64,000 nt of DNA from Centroscyllium fabricii (taxonomy: Eukaryota). Position numbers and translations under genes: made by a program. The DNA is taken from NCBI GenBank assembly GCA_051313645.2, contig JBNRSN020000470.1, positions 248,001 to 312,000 of the forward strand, given 5' to 3'. Below, one piece after another: positions 29,372-42,300 of this stretch (position 1 is the stretch's first letter; each line of letters starts with the position of its first letter). The notes under the pieces were generated by a model that worked only from the letters and a program-made list of their open reading frames with translations, was not told the origin of the DNA and searched no databases.

Positions 29372-32300
29372 ATGATACCCGTCGTACATGGGGTGATAAT
29401 ACCCGCCGTACTGGGGGAGATAATACCCGCCGTACTGGGAGAGATGATACCTGCCGTACCAAGGGTGATAATACCTTCCGTACTGGGGTGATAATACCCG
29501 CCGTACTGGAGGTGATAATACCTTCCGTACTGGGAGTGATAATACCTACCGTACTGGGAGAGATAATACCCGCCGTACTGTGGGAGATAATAACTGCCGT
29601 ACTGTGGGAGATAATAACTGCCGTACTGTGGGAGATAATACCCGCTGTACTGGGGGTGATAGTACCCGATGTACTGGGGGAGATAATACCCGCTGTACTG
29701 GGGGAGATAATACCCGCCGTACTGGGGGTGATAATACCTGCCGTACGGGGAGAAATAATGCCCGCCGTACTGGGGGAGATAATACTTGCCGTACGGGGGG
29801 AAATAATGCCCGCCGTACTGGGGGTGATAATACCTGCCGTACGGAGGGAAATAATGCTCGCCGTACTGGGGGAGATAATACCTGCCGTACGGGGGGAGAT
29901 AATACCCGCCGTACGGGGGGAGATAATACCCGCCGTACGGGGGGAGATAATAGCCGCCGTACGGGGGGAGATAATACCCGCCGTACGGGGGGAGATAATA
30001 CCCGCCGTACTGGGGGAGATAATACCTGCCGTTTGGGGGGAAATAATGCCCGCCGTACTGGGGGAGATAATACCCGACGTACTGGGTGAGATAATACCTG
30101 CTGTACTGGGCTAATAATACCCGCCAAGCGGGGAAATATTACCTGCCGTACTTGGGGTGATAATACCCGCCGCAGTGGGGGAGATAATACCCGCCGTACT
30201 GGGGGAGATAATACCCGCCGTACTGGGGGAGATAATACCTGCCGTACTGGGGGAGATAATACCCGCCGTACTGGGAGAGATGATACCTGCCGTACTAAGG
30301 GTGATAATACCTACCGTACTGGGAGAGATAATACCTGCCGTACTGTGGGAGATAATAACTGCCGTACTGTGGGAGATAATAACTGCCGTACTGGGGCAGA
30401 TAACACCCGCCGTACTGGGGGAGATAATACCCGCCGTACTGGGGGAGATAATAGTCGCCGTACTGGGGGAGATAATAGTCGCCGTACTGGGGGAGATAAT
30501 ACCCGCCGTACTGGGGGAGATAATACCCGCCGTACTGGGGGAGATAATACCCGCCGTACTGGGGGAGATAATACCCGCCGTACTGGGGGAGATAATACCC
30601 GCCGTACTGGGGGAGATAATACCCGATGTACTGGGGGAGATAATATCCGCCGTACTGGGGGAGATAATACCCGCCGTACTGGGGCTGATAATACCTGCCG
30701 TACGGGGAGAAATAATGCCTGCCGTACGGGGTGAGATAATAACCGCCGTACTGGGGGAGATAATACCCGCCGTACTGGGGGAGATAATACCCGCTGTACT
30801 GGGGAGATAATACCCGCCGTACTGGGGGAGATAATACCCGCCGTACTGGGGGAGATAATACCCGCCGTACTGGGGGAGATAATACCCGCCGTACTGGGGG
30901 AGATAATACCCGCCGTACTGGGGAGATAATACCCGCCGTACTGGGGCAGATAATACCCGCCGTACTGGGGCAGATAATACCCGCCGCACTGGGGGGTGAT
31001 AATACCAGCCGTACTGGGGGATGTAATACCAGCCGTACTCGGGGAAATAATGCCCGCCGTACTGGGGGAGATAATACCCGCCGTACTGGGGGAGATAATA
31101 CCTTCCGTACTGGAAGAGATAATACCTGCCATAATGGGGCTGATAATACCCTCCGTACTGGGGGTGATAATAACCGCCGTAGTGGGGGAGATAATACCCG
31201 CCGAACTGGGGGAGATAATACCCGCTGTACTGGGGGTGATAGTACCCGATGTACTGAGGGAGATAATACCCGCTGTACTGGGGGAGATAATACCCGCCGT
31301 ACTGGGGGTGATAATACCTGCCGTACGGGGAGAAATAATGCCCGCCGTACTGGGGGAGATAATACTTGCCGTAAGGGGGGAAATAATGCCCGCCGTACTG
31401 GGTGTGATAATACCTGCCGTACGGAGGGAAATAATGCTCGCCGTACTGGGGGAGATAATACCTGTCGTACGGGGGGAGATAATACCCGCCGTACGGGGGG
31501 AGATAATACCCGACGTACTGGGTGAGATAATACCTGCTGTACTGGGTGAATAATACCCGCCAAGCGGGGAGATAATACCTGCCGTACTTGGGGTGATCAT
31601 ACCCGCCGTACTGGGCGAGATGATACCTGCCGTACTGGGGGTGATAATACCCGCTGCAGTGGGGGAAATAATACCCGCCGTAGTGGGGGAGATAATACCT
31701 TCCATACTGGAAGAGATAATACCTGCCATAATGGGGCTGATAATACCTGCCATACTGGGGGTGATAATTCCCGCCGTACTGGGGGTGATGATACCCGCCG
31801 TACTGGGGGAGATGATACCCGCCGTAGTGGGGGAGATAATAACCGCCGTACTGGGAGTGATAATACCTACCGTACTGGGGGAGATAATACATGCCGTACT
31901 GGGGGAGATAATACATGCCGTACTGGGGGAGATAATACATGCCGTACTGGGGGAGATAATACCTGCCGTACTGGGGGAGATACTACTCGCCGTACTGGGG
32001 GAGATAATACTCGCCGTACTGGGGGTGATAATACCTGACGTTGTGGGGGAGATAATACCCGACGTACTGGGGGTGATGATACCTGACATTCCGGTGGAGA
32101 TAATATCTGCCGATCTGGGGGTGATATTACCTGATGCACTGGGGGTGATACTACCTGCCGTACTGGGGGAGATAATACCCGCCGTACTGGGGGTGATAAT
32201 ACCTAATGATTTGGGGTTGATAATACCCGCTGTCCTGGGAGTGACAATACCCGCCGTACTGGGGGTGATAATACCTGCCGTACTGGGGGTGATAATACCC

Positions 32301-32974
32301 GCCGTACTGGGAGTGATAATACCTACCATATTGGAAGATATAATACTTGCCGTAATGGGGGTGATAATACCTGCCGTACTGGGGGTGATAATACCCGCCG
32401 TACTGGGGGTGATAATACCCGCCGTACTGGGGGTGATAATACCCGCCATACTGGGGGTGATAATACCAGCCGCACCGGGGGTGATAATACCTGCCCTACT
32501 GGGGGAGACAATATCTTCCGTACTGGGTGTGATAATCGCTGCCGTACTGGGACAGAAAATACCTGCCGTATTGGGGGTGATAATACCTGCCATACTGGGG
32601 GAGATACTACCCACCGTTCTGGGGGAGATAATACCCGCCATACTGGGGGAGATTATACCCGCCGTACTGGGGGAGATAATACCTGCTGTACTGGGGGTGA
32701 TCATACCTGCTGTACTGGGGGAGATAATACCCGCCATAGTGGGGGAGATAATACCAGCCGTACTGGGGCAGATAATACCTGCCGTACTCTGGGTGATAAT
32801 ACCTGACGTTCTGGGGGAGATAATACCCGCCGTACTGGGGGAGATAATACCCGCCGTACTGGGGGAGATAATATCCGCCGTACTGGGGGAGTTAATACAT
32901 GCCGTATTGGGAGTGATAATACCTGACGTACTGGGGGAGATAATATCCGCCGTACTGGGGGTGATAATACCTGA

Positions 32975-33304
32975 TTCAATTCAATTCAATTCAATTCAAT
33001 TCAATTCAATTCAATTCAAGTTTTATTGCCATTGCAGAGTACTAGTACAATACAACGAGACGAAGACTCGACTCTCCCGAGAGTAGTGCAAATAAAATAA
33101 ATAAATTACATGCAAAATGCATACAGTAGAGTACATTATCAGGTGTGCAGGTACCGGAGTTTATTTTTAGAGTTCAGGAGGGTGACAGCCCTGGGGAAGA
33201 AGCTGTTCTGAAATCTAGTCGTGCGGTGCAAATTGCTCTGTAGCGTCTCCCGGAGGGCAGGCGGGCGAACAGACTGTGGCTTGCGTGTGTGGGGTCTTTA
33301 ATAA
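32975..33304 (-). mobile_element. 5'-truncated Rex1/Babar-clade LINE 3' end (330 bp), copy 1
   Basis: The minus strand encodes IIKDPTHASHSLFARLPSGRRYRAIC-[frameshift]-RTTRFQNSFFPRAVTLLNS, the typical Rex1/Babar ORF2 C-terminus. It is followed by a 3'UTR, AATAAA and a (TTGAA)9 tail (32975-33019). It splits an ACCTGA|TGTACT unit with at most a 2-bp (AT) overlap. Confidence 0.88.
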
Positions 33305-36300
33305 TGTACTGGGAGTGATAATACCCACCGTACTGGGGGAGTTAATACCCAACGTACTGGGGGAGATAATACCTGCTGTACTGGGGGAGATAATACCCGC
33401 CGTGCTGGGGGAGATAATATCCGCCGTACTGGGGGAGATAATACCCGCCGTACTGGGGGTGATAATACCCGCCGTACTGGGGGTGATAAAACCTGCCGTA
33501 CGGGGAGAAATAATGCCCGCCGTACTGGGGGAGATAATACCTGCCGTACGGGGGGGAAATAATGCCCGCCGTACTGGGGGTGATAATACCTGCCGTACGG
33601 GGGGAACTAATGCTCGCCGTACTGGGGGTGATAATACCTGCCATACTGGGGGAGATAATACCTGCCGTACGGGTGGAGATAATACCCGACGTACTGGGTG
33701 AGATAATACCTGCTGTACTGGGTGAATAATACCCGCCAAGCGGGGATATAATACCTGCCGTACTTGGGGTGATCATACCCGCCGTACCTGCCGTACTGGG
33801 GGTGATAATACCCACCGTACTGTGGGAGATAATACCCGCCGTACTGGGGGGAGATAATACCCTCCGTAGTGGGGGAGATAATAACCGCCGTACTGGAGGA
33901 GATAATACCCGCCGTACTGGGGGTGATAATACCCGCCGTACTGGGGGGAGATAATACCCTCCGTAGTGGGGGAGATAATAACCGCCGTACTGGAGGAGAT
34001 AATACCCGCCGTACTGGGGGAGATAATATCCGCCGTAGTGGGGGTGATGATACCTGCCGTACTGTAGGTGATAATACCCGCCGTACTGGGGTAGATAATA
34101 CCCGCCGTACATGGGGTGATAATACCCGCCGTACTGGGGAGATAATACCCGTGGTACTGTGGGAGATAATATCCGACGTACTGGGGGTGGTAATACCTGA
34201 TGTACTGGGGGTGATAATACCTGCCGTACTAGGGGTGATAATACCTGACCTGTGGGGGAGATAATACCCGACGTACTGGGGGTGATGATACCTGACGTTC
34301 CGGGGGAGACAATATCTGCCGATCTGGGGGTGATATTACCTGATGCACTGGGGGTGATATTACCTGCCGTACTGGGGGAGATAATACCCGCCGTACTGGG
34401 GGTGATAATTGATGATTTGGGGGTGATAATACCCGCTGTACTGGGAGTGACAATACCCGCCGTACTGGGGGTGATAATACCTGATGTATTGGAAGATATA
34501 ATACCTGCCGTAATGGGGGTGATAATACCTGCCGTACTGGGGGTGATAATACCCGCCGTACTGGGGGTGATAATACCCGCCGTACTGGGGGTGATAATAC
34601 CTGCCGTACTGGGGGTGATAATACCCGCCGTACTGGGGGTGATAATACCAGCCGTACCGGGGGTGAGAAAACCCGCCCTACTGGGGGAGACAATATCTTC
34701 CGTACTGGGACAGAAAATACCTGTCGTATTGGGGGTGATAATACCCGCCATACTTGGGGAGATACTACCCACCGTTCTGGGGGAGATAATACCCGCCATA
34801 CTGGGGGAGATTATACCCGCCGTACTGGGGGAGATAATACCTGCTGTACTGGGGGAGATCATACCTGCTGTACTGGGGGAGATAATACCTGCTGTACTCT
34901 GGGAGATAATACCCGCCGTACTGGGGGAGATAGTACCTGCCGTACTGGGGGGGATCCTACCCGCCATAGTGGGGGAGGTAATACCTGCCGTACTCTGGGT
35001 GATAATACCTGACGTACTGGGGGAGATAATACCCGCCGTACTGGGGGAGGTAATACCCGCCGTACTGGGGGAGATAATACCCGCCGTACTGGGGGAGATA
35101 ATACCCGCCGTACTGGGGGAGATAATACATGCCGTATTGGGAGTGATAATACCTGACGTACTGGGTGAGATAATATCCAACGTACTGGGGGAGATAATAC
35201 CTGCTGTACTGGGGTAGATAAAACCCGCCGTACTTGGGGAGATAATACCCGCCATACTGGGGGAGATAATACTCGCCGTACTGGGGGAGATAATACTCGC
35301 CGTACTGGGGGTGAAAATACCCGCCGTACTGGGGGAGATAATACCCGCCGTACTGGGGGAGATAATACCCGCCGGTCTAGGAGTGATAATACCCGCCGGT
35401 CTAGGAGTGATAATACCTGATGTATTGGGGGTGATAATACCCGACGTATTGGAGGTGATAATATCTGCCGGTCTGGGGGTGATGATACCCGCCGTACTGG
35501 GCGAGATGATACCAGCCGTACTGGTGTAGATAATACCTTCCGTAGTGGGGGTGATAATACCCGCCGTAGTGGGGGTGATAATACCCGCCGTAGTGGGGGT
35601 GATAATACCCGCCGTAGTGGGGGTGATAATACCCGCCGTAGTGGGGGTGATAATACCCGCCGTACTGGGGGTGATAATACCCGCCGTACTGGGAGTGATA
35701 ATACCCGCCGTACTGGGGCTGATAATACCAGCCGTACTGGGGGTGATAATACCCGCCGTACTGGGGGTGATAATACCCGCCGTACTGGGGGTGATAATAC
35801 CTGCCGTAATGGGGGTGATAATACCTGCCGTACTGGGGCTGATAATACCAGCAGTACTGGGGGTGATAATACCCGCCATACTGGGGGTGATAATATCTTC
35901 CGTTAAGTGATAAAAGCTGCCGTACTGGGACAGAAAATAACTGCCGTACTGGGGGTGATAATACCCGCCATACTGGGGGAGATACTACCCGCCGTACTGG
36001 GGGAGATAATACCCGCCATACTGTGGGAGATAATACCTGCCGTACTGGGGGAGATAATACCTGTTGTACTGGGGGAGATAATACCTGCTGTACTGGGGGA
36101 GATAATACCCGCCGTACTGGGGGAGATAATACCCGCCGTACTGGGGGAGATAATACCTGCCGTACTGGGGGAGATAATACCTGACTTACTGGGGGAGACA
36201 GTACCTGCTGTACTGGGGGAGATAATACCTGCCGTACTGGGGGAGATAATACTCGCCGTACTGGGTGAGATAATACCCGCCGTACTGGGGGAGATAATAC

Positions 36301-39300
36301 CCGCCGTACTGGGGGAGATACTATCCGCCGTAGTGGGGGTGATGATACCTGCCGTACTGTAGGTGATAATAGCCGCCGTACTGGGGTAGATAATACCCGC
36401 CATACATGGGGTGATAATACCCGCCGTACTTGGGAGATAATACCCGCCGTACTGGGGGAGATAATACCCGCCGTACTGGGGGAGATAATAGCCGCCGTAC
36501 TGGGGGAGATAATACACGCCGTACTGGGGGAGATAATACCCACCGTACTGGGGGAGATAGTACCCGCCGTACTGGGGGAGATAATACCCGCCGTACTGGA
36601 GGAGATAATACCCGCCGTACTGGGGGAGATAATACCCGCCAAGTGGGGTGATAATACCTGCCGTATTGGGGGTGATAATACCCGCCGTACTTGGGGAGAT
36701 AATACCCGCCGTACTGGGGGAGATAATACCCGCCGTTCTGGGGGAGTTAATACCCGCCGTACTGGAGGAGATAATACCCAACGTATTGGGAGTGATGATA
36801 CCCGCCGTACTGGAGGAGATAATACCTGCCGTACTGCGAATGATAATACCCGCCGTACTGAAGGAGATGATACCTGCCCTACTGGGAATAATAATATTCG
36901 CCGTTCTGGGGGAGATAATACCCGCCGTACTGGGGGTGATAATACTCGCCGTACTGAGGGAGATAATACCCACCGTACTCGGGGAGATAATACCCGCCGT
37001 ACTGGAGGAGATAATACCCGCCGTACTGGGGCGTCATAATACCAGCCGTACTGGGGGTGATAATACCTGCCGTACTGGTTGCGATAATACCTGCTGTACT
37101 GGGGGTGATAATACCCACCGTACTCGGGGCGATAATACCCGCCGTACTGGAGGAGATAATACCCGCCGTACTGGGGCGTCATAATACCAGCCGTACTGGG
37201 GATGATAGTACCTGCCGTACTGGGGGGAATAATACCGGACATACTGTGGGCGATAATTGCTGCCGTACTCGGGGAGATAATACCTGCCGTACTGGAGGAG
37301 ATAATACCCGCTGTAGTGGGGGAGATAATAACCGCCGTACTGGGGGAGATAATACCTGCCGTACTGGAGGAGATAATACCCTCTGTCCTGGGGGAGATAA
37401 TACCCGCCGTACTGGAGGAGATAATACCCGCCGTACTGCGGGAGATAATACCTGCCGTACTGGGGGAGATAACACCCGCCGCACTGGTTGTGATAATACC
37501 TGCTGTACTAGGGGAGATAATACCTGCCGTACTGGGGGAGATAATACCTGCCGTAGTGGGGGTGATGATACCCGCTGTACTGGGGGAGATTATACCTGCC
37601 GTACTGGAGGGGATAATACCCGCCGTACTGGGGGAGATAATACCTGCCGTACTGGAGGCGATAATACCCGCCGTATTGGAGGAGATAATACCCGCCGTAC
37701 TGTGGGAGATAATACCCGCCGTACCGGAGGAGATAATACCCGCCGTACTGGAGGAGATAATACCTGCCGTACTGGAGGAGCTAATACCCGCTGTAGTGGG
37801 GGAGATAATAACCGCCGTACTGGGGGAGATAATACCTGCCGTACTGGAGGAGATAATACCCGCTGTAGTGGGGGAGATAATAACCGCCGTACTGGGGGAG
37901 ATAATACCTGCCGTACTGGGGGAGATAATACCTGCCGTACTGGAGGAGATAATACCCTCTGTCCTGGGGGAGATAATACCCGCCGTACTGGAGGAGATAA
38001 TACCCGCCGTACTGGGGGAGATAATACCTGCCGTACTGGGGGAGATAACACCCGCCGCACTGGTTGTGATAATACCTGCTGTACTGGGGGTGATAATACC
38101 CGCCGTACTAGGGGAGATAATACCTGCCGTACTGGGGGAGATAATACCTGCCGTAGTGGGGGTGATGATACCCGCTGTACTGGGGGAGATTATACCTGCC
38201 GTACTGGAGGGGATAATACCCGCCGTACTGGGGGAGATAATACCTGCCGTACTGGAGGCGATAATACCCGCCGTATTGGAGGAGATAATACCCGCCGTAC
38301 TGTGGGAGATAATACCTGCCGTACCGGAGGAGATAATACCCGCCGTACTGGAGGAGATAATACCTGCCGTACTGGAGGAGCTAATACCCGCCGTACTGGG
38401 GGAGATAATAGCCGCCGTACTGGGGGAGATAATAGCCGCCGTACTGGGGGAGATAATAGCCGCCGTACTGGGGGAGATAATACACGCCGTACTGGGGGAG
38501 ATAATACCCACCGTACTGGGGGAGATAGTACCCGCCGTACTGGGGGAGATAATACCCGCCGTACTGGAGGAGATAATACCCGCCGTACTGGGGGAGATAA
38601 TACCCGCCAAGTGGGGTGATAATACCTGCCGTATTGGGGGTGATGATACCCGCCGTACTGGGGGTGATAATACCCGCCGTACTTGGGGAGATGATACCCG
38701 CCGTACTGGGGGAGATAATACCCGCCGTTCTGGGGGAGGTAATACCCGCCGTACTGGAGGAGATAATACCCAACGTATTGGGAGTGATGATACCCGCCGT
38801 ACTGGAGGAGATAATACCTGCCGTACTGCGAATGATAATACCCGCCGTACTGAAGGAGATGATACCTGCCCTACTGGGAATAATAATATTCGCCGTTCTG
38901 GGGGAGATAATACCCGCCGTACTGGGGGTGATAATACTCGCCGTACTGAGGGAGATAATACCCACCGTACTCGGGGAGATAATACCCGCCGTACTGGAGG
39001 AGATAATACCCGCCGTACTGGGGCGTCATAATACCAGCCGTACTGGGGATGATAGTACCTGCCGTACTGGGGGGAATAATACCGGACATACTGTGGGCGA
39101 TAATTGCTGCCGTACTCGGGGAGATAATACCTGCCGTACTGGAGGAGATAATACCCGCTGTAGTGGGGGAGATAATAACCGCCGTACTGGGGGAGATAAT
39201 ACCTGCCGTACTGGAGGAGATAATACCCTCTGTCCTGGGGGAGATAATACCCGCCGTACTGGAGGAGATAATACCCGCCGTACTGGGGGAGATAATACCT

Positions 39301-42300
39301 GCCGTACTGGGGGAGATAACACCCGCCGCACTGGTTGTGATAATACCTGCTGTACTGGGGGTGATAATACCCGCCGTACTAGGGGAGATAATACCTGCCG
39401 TACTGGGGGAGATAATACCTGCCGTAGTGGGGGTGATGATACCCGCTGTACTGGGGGAGATTATACCTGCCGTACTGGAGGGGATAATACCCGCCGTACT
39501 GGGGGAGATAATACCCGCCGTACTAGGGGAGATAATACCTGCCGTAGTGGGGGAGATAATACCCGCCGTACTGGGGGTGATAATACCCGCCGTGCTGGGG
39601 GAGATAATACCCGCCGTACTGGGGGTGATAACACCTGATGCAGTGGGGGTGATCATACCTGCCATACTGGGGGGTGATAATACCGCCGTACTGGGGGAGA
39701 TAATACCCGCCGTAGTGGGGGTGATAATACCCGCCGTACTGGGGGAGATAATACCTGCCGTACCGGGAGAGATGATACCTGCCGTACTGGAGGTGATAAT
39801 ACCTTCCGTACTGGGAGTGATAATACCTACCGTACTGGGAGAGATAATACCTGCCGTACTGTGGGAGATAATAACTGCCGTACTGCGGCAGATAACACCA
39901 GCCGTACTGCGTGAGATACTACCCGCCAAGGGGGGAGATAATACCCGCTCTACTGGGGGAGATAATAACCGCCGTACTGGGGGAGATAATACCCGCCGTA
40001 CTGGGGGAGATAATACCCACTGTACTGGGGGAGATAATACCCGCAGTACTGGGGGAGATAATACCTGCCGTACTGGGGGAGATAATACCCGCAGTACTGG
40101 GGGTGATAATACCTGCCGTACTGGGGTGATAATACCCGCCGTACTGGGGGAGGTAATACTCGCCGTACTCGGGGAGATAATACCTGCCGTACTGGGGGAG
40201 ATAATACCCGCTGTACTGGGGGAGATAATACCCGCTGTACTAGGGGAGATAATACCTGCCGTACAGGGGGTGATAATACCCGCCGTACAGGGGGTGATAA
40301 TACCCGCCGTACTGGGGGAGATAATACTCGCCGTACTGGGTGAGATAATACCCGCCGTACTGGGGGAGATAATACCTGCCGTACTGGGGGAGATAATAAC
40401 CGACGTACTGGGGGGTGATAATACCCGCCGTGCTGGGGGAGATAATACCCGCCGTACTGGGGGTGATAACACCTGATGCAGTGGGGGTGATCATAATTGC
40501 CCTACTGGGGGGTGATAATACCGCCGTACTGGGGGAGATAATACCTGCCGTAGTGGGGGTGATAATACCCGCGGTACTGGGGGAGATAATACCCGCCGTA
40601 TTGGGGGAGATAATACCCGCCGTATTGGGGGAGATAATACCCGCCGTATTGGGGGAGATAATACCCGCCGTATTGGGGGAGATAATACCCGCCGTATTGG
40701 GGGAGATAATACCCGCCGTATTGGGGGAGATAATACCCGCCGTATTGGGGGAGATAATACCCGCCGTATTGGGGGAGATAATACCCGCCGTATTGGGGGA
40801 GATAATACCCGCCGTATTGGGGGAGATAATACCCGCCGTATTGGGGGAGATAATACCCGCCGTATTGGGGGAGATAATACCCGCCGTATTGGGGGAGATA
40901 ATACCCGCCGTATTGGGGGAGATAATACCCGCCGTATTGGGGGAGATAATACCCGCCGTATTGGGGGAGATAATACCCGCCGTATTGGGGGAGATAATAC
41001 CCGCCGTATTGGGGGAGATAATACCCGCCGTATTGGGGGAGATAATACCTGCCGTATTGGGGGAGATAATACCCGCCGTATTGGGGGAGATAATACCCGC
41101 CGTATTGGGGGAGATAATACCCGCCGTATTGGGGGTGATAATACCCAACGTACTGGGAGTGATAATACCCAACGTACAGGGAGTTATAATACCTGCTGTA
41201 CTGGGGGAGATAATACCTGCCGTACTGGGGGAGGTAATACCTGCCGTACTGGGGGAGATAATACCTGCCGTACTGGGGAGATAATACCCGCCGTACTGGG
41301 GGAGATAATACCCGCCGTACTGGGGGAGATAATACCTGCCGTACTGGAGGCGATAATACCCGCCGTACTGTGGGAGATAATACCCGCCGTACTGGAGGAG
41401 ATAATACCCGCCGTACTGGGGATGATAATACCCGCCGTACTGGGGGAGATAATACCCGCCGTACTGGGGGAGATAATACCCGCCGTACTGGGGGAGATAA
41501 TACCCGCCGTACTGGGGGAGATAATACCCGCCGTACTGGGGGAGATAATACCCGCCGTACAGGGGGTGATAATACCCGCCGTACTGGGGGAGATAATACC
41601 CGCCGTACTGGGGGAGATAATACCTGCCGTACTGGGGGAGATAATAACCGACGTACTGGGAGGTGATAATACCCGCCGTGCTGGGGGAGATAATACCCGC
41701 CGTACTGGGGGTGATAACACCTGATGCAGTGGGGGTGATCATAATTGCCCTACTGGGGGGTGATAATACCGCCGTACTGGGGGAGATAATACCTGCCGTA
41801 GTGGGGGTGATAATACCCGCCGTACTGGGGGAGATAATACCCGCCGTATTGGGGGAGATAATACCCGCCGTATTGGGGGAGATAATACCCGCCGTATTGG
41901 GGGAGATAATACCCGCCGTATTGGGGGAGATAATACCCGCCGTATTGGGGGAGATAATACCCGCCGTATTGGGGGAGATAATACCCGCCGTATTGGGGGA
42001 GATAATACCCGCCGTATTGGGGGAGATAATACCCGCCGTATTGGGGGAGATAATACCCGCCGTATTGGGGGAGATAATACCCGCCGTATTGGGGGAGATA
42101 ATACCCGCCGTATTGGGGGAGATAATACCCGCCGTATTGGGGGAGATAATACCCGCCGTATTGGGGGAGATAATACCCGCCGTATTGGGGGAGATAATAC
42201 CCGCCGTACTGGGGGAGATAATACCCGCCGTACTGGGGGAGATAATACCTGCCGTACTGGAGGCGATAATACCCGCCGTACTGTGGGAGATAATACCCGC

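Larger units (their letters stand above)
23120..36467. repeat. Large segmental duplication within the array, copy 1 (~13.3 kb)
   Basis: Contains the Penelope insert (29112) and Rex insert (32975). Matching ORF pairs are 23233/37057, 24768/38616, 28888/44968, 33276/48928 and 35907/51559. Confidence 0.9.

Noticed and set aside
32975-33019. (TTCAA)9 as a telomere-like or stand-alone microsatellite; SIQFN repeat peptide
   Set aside because: It is the 3' tail of the Rex1/Babar fragment, directly after AATAAA, and is not TTAGGG.
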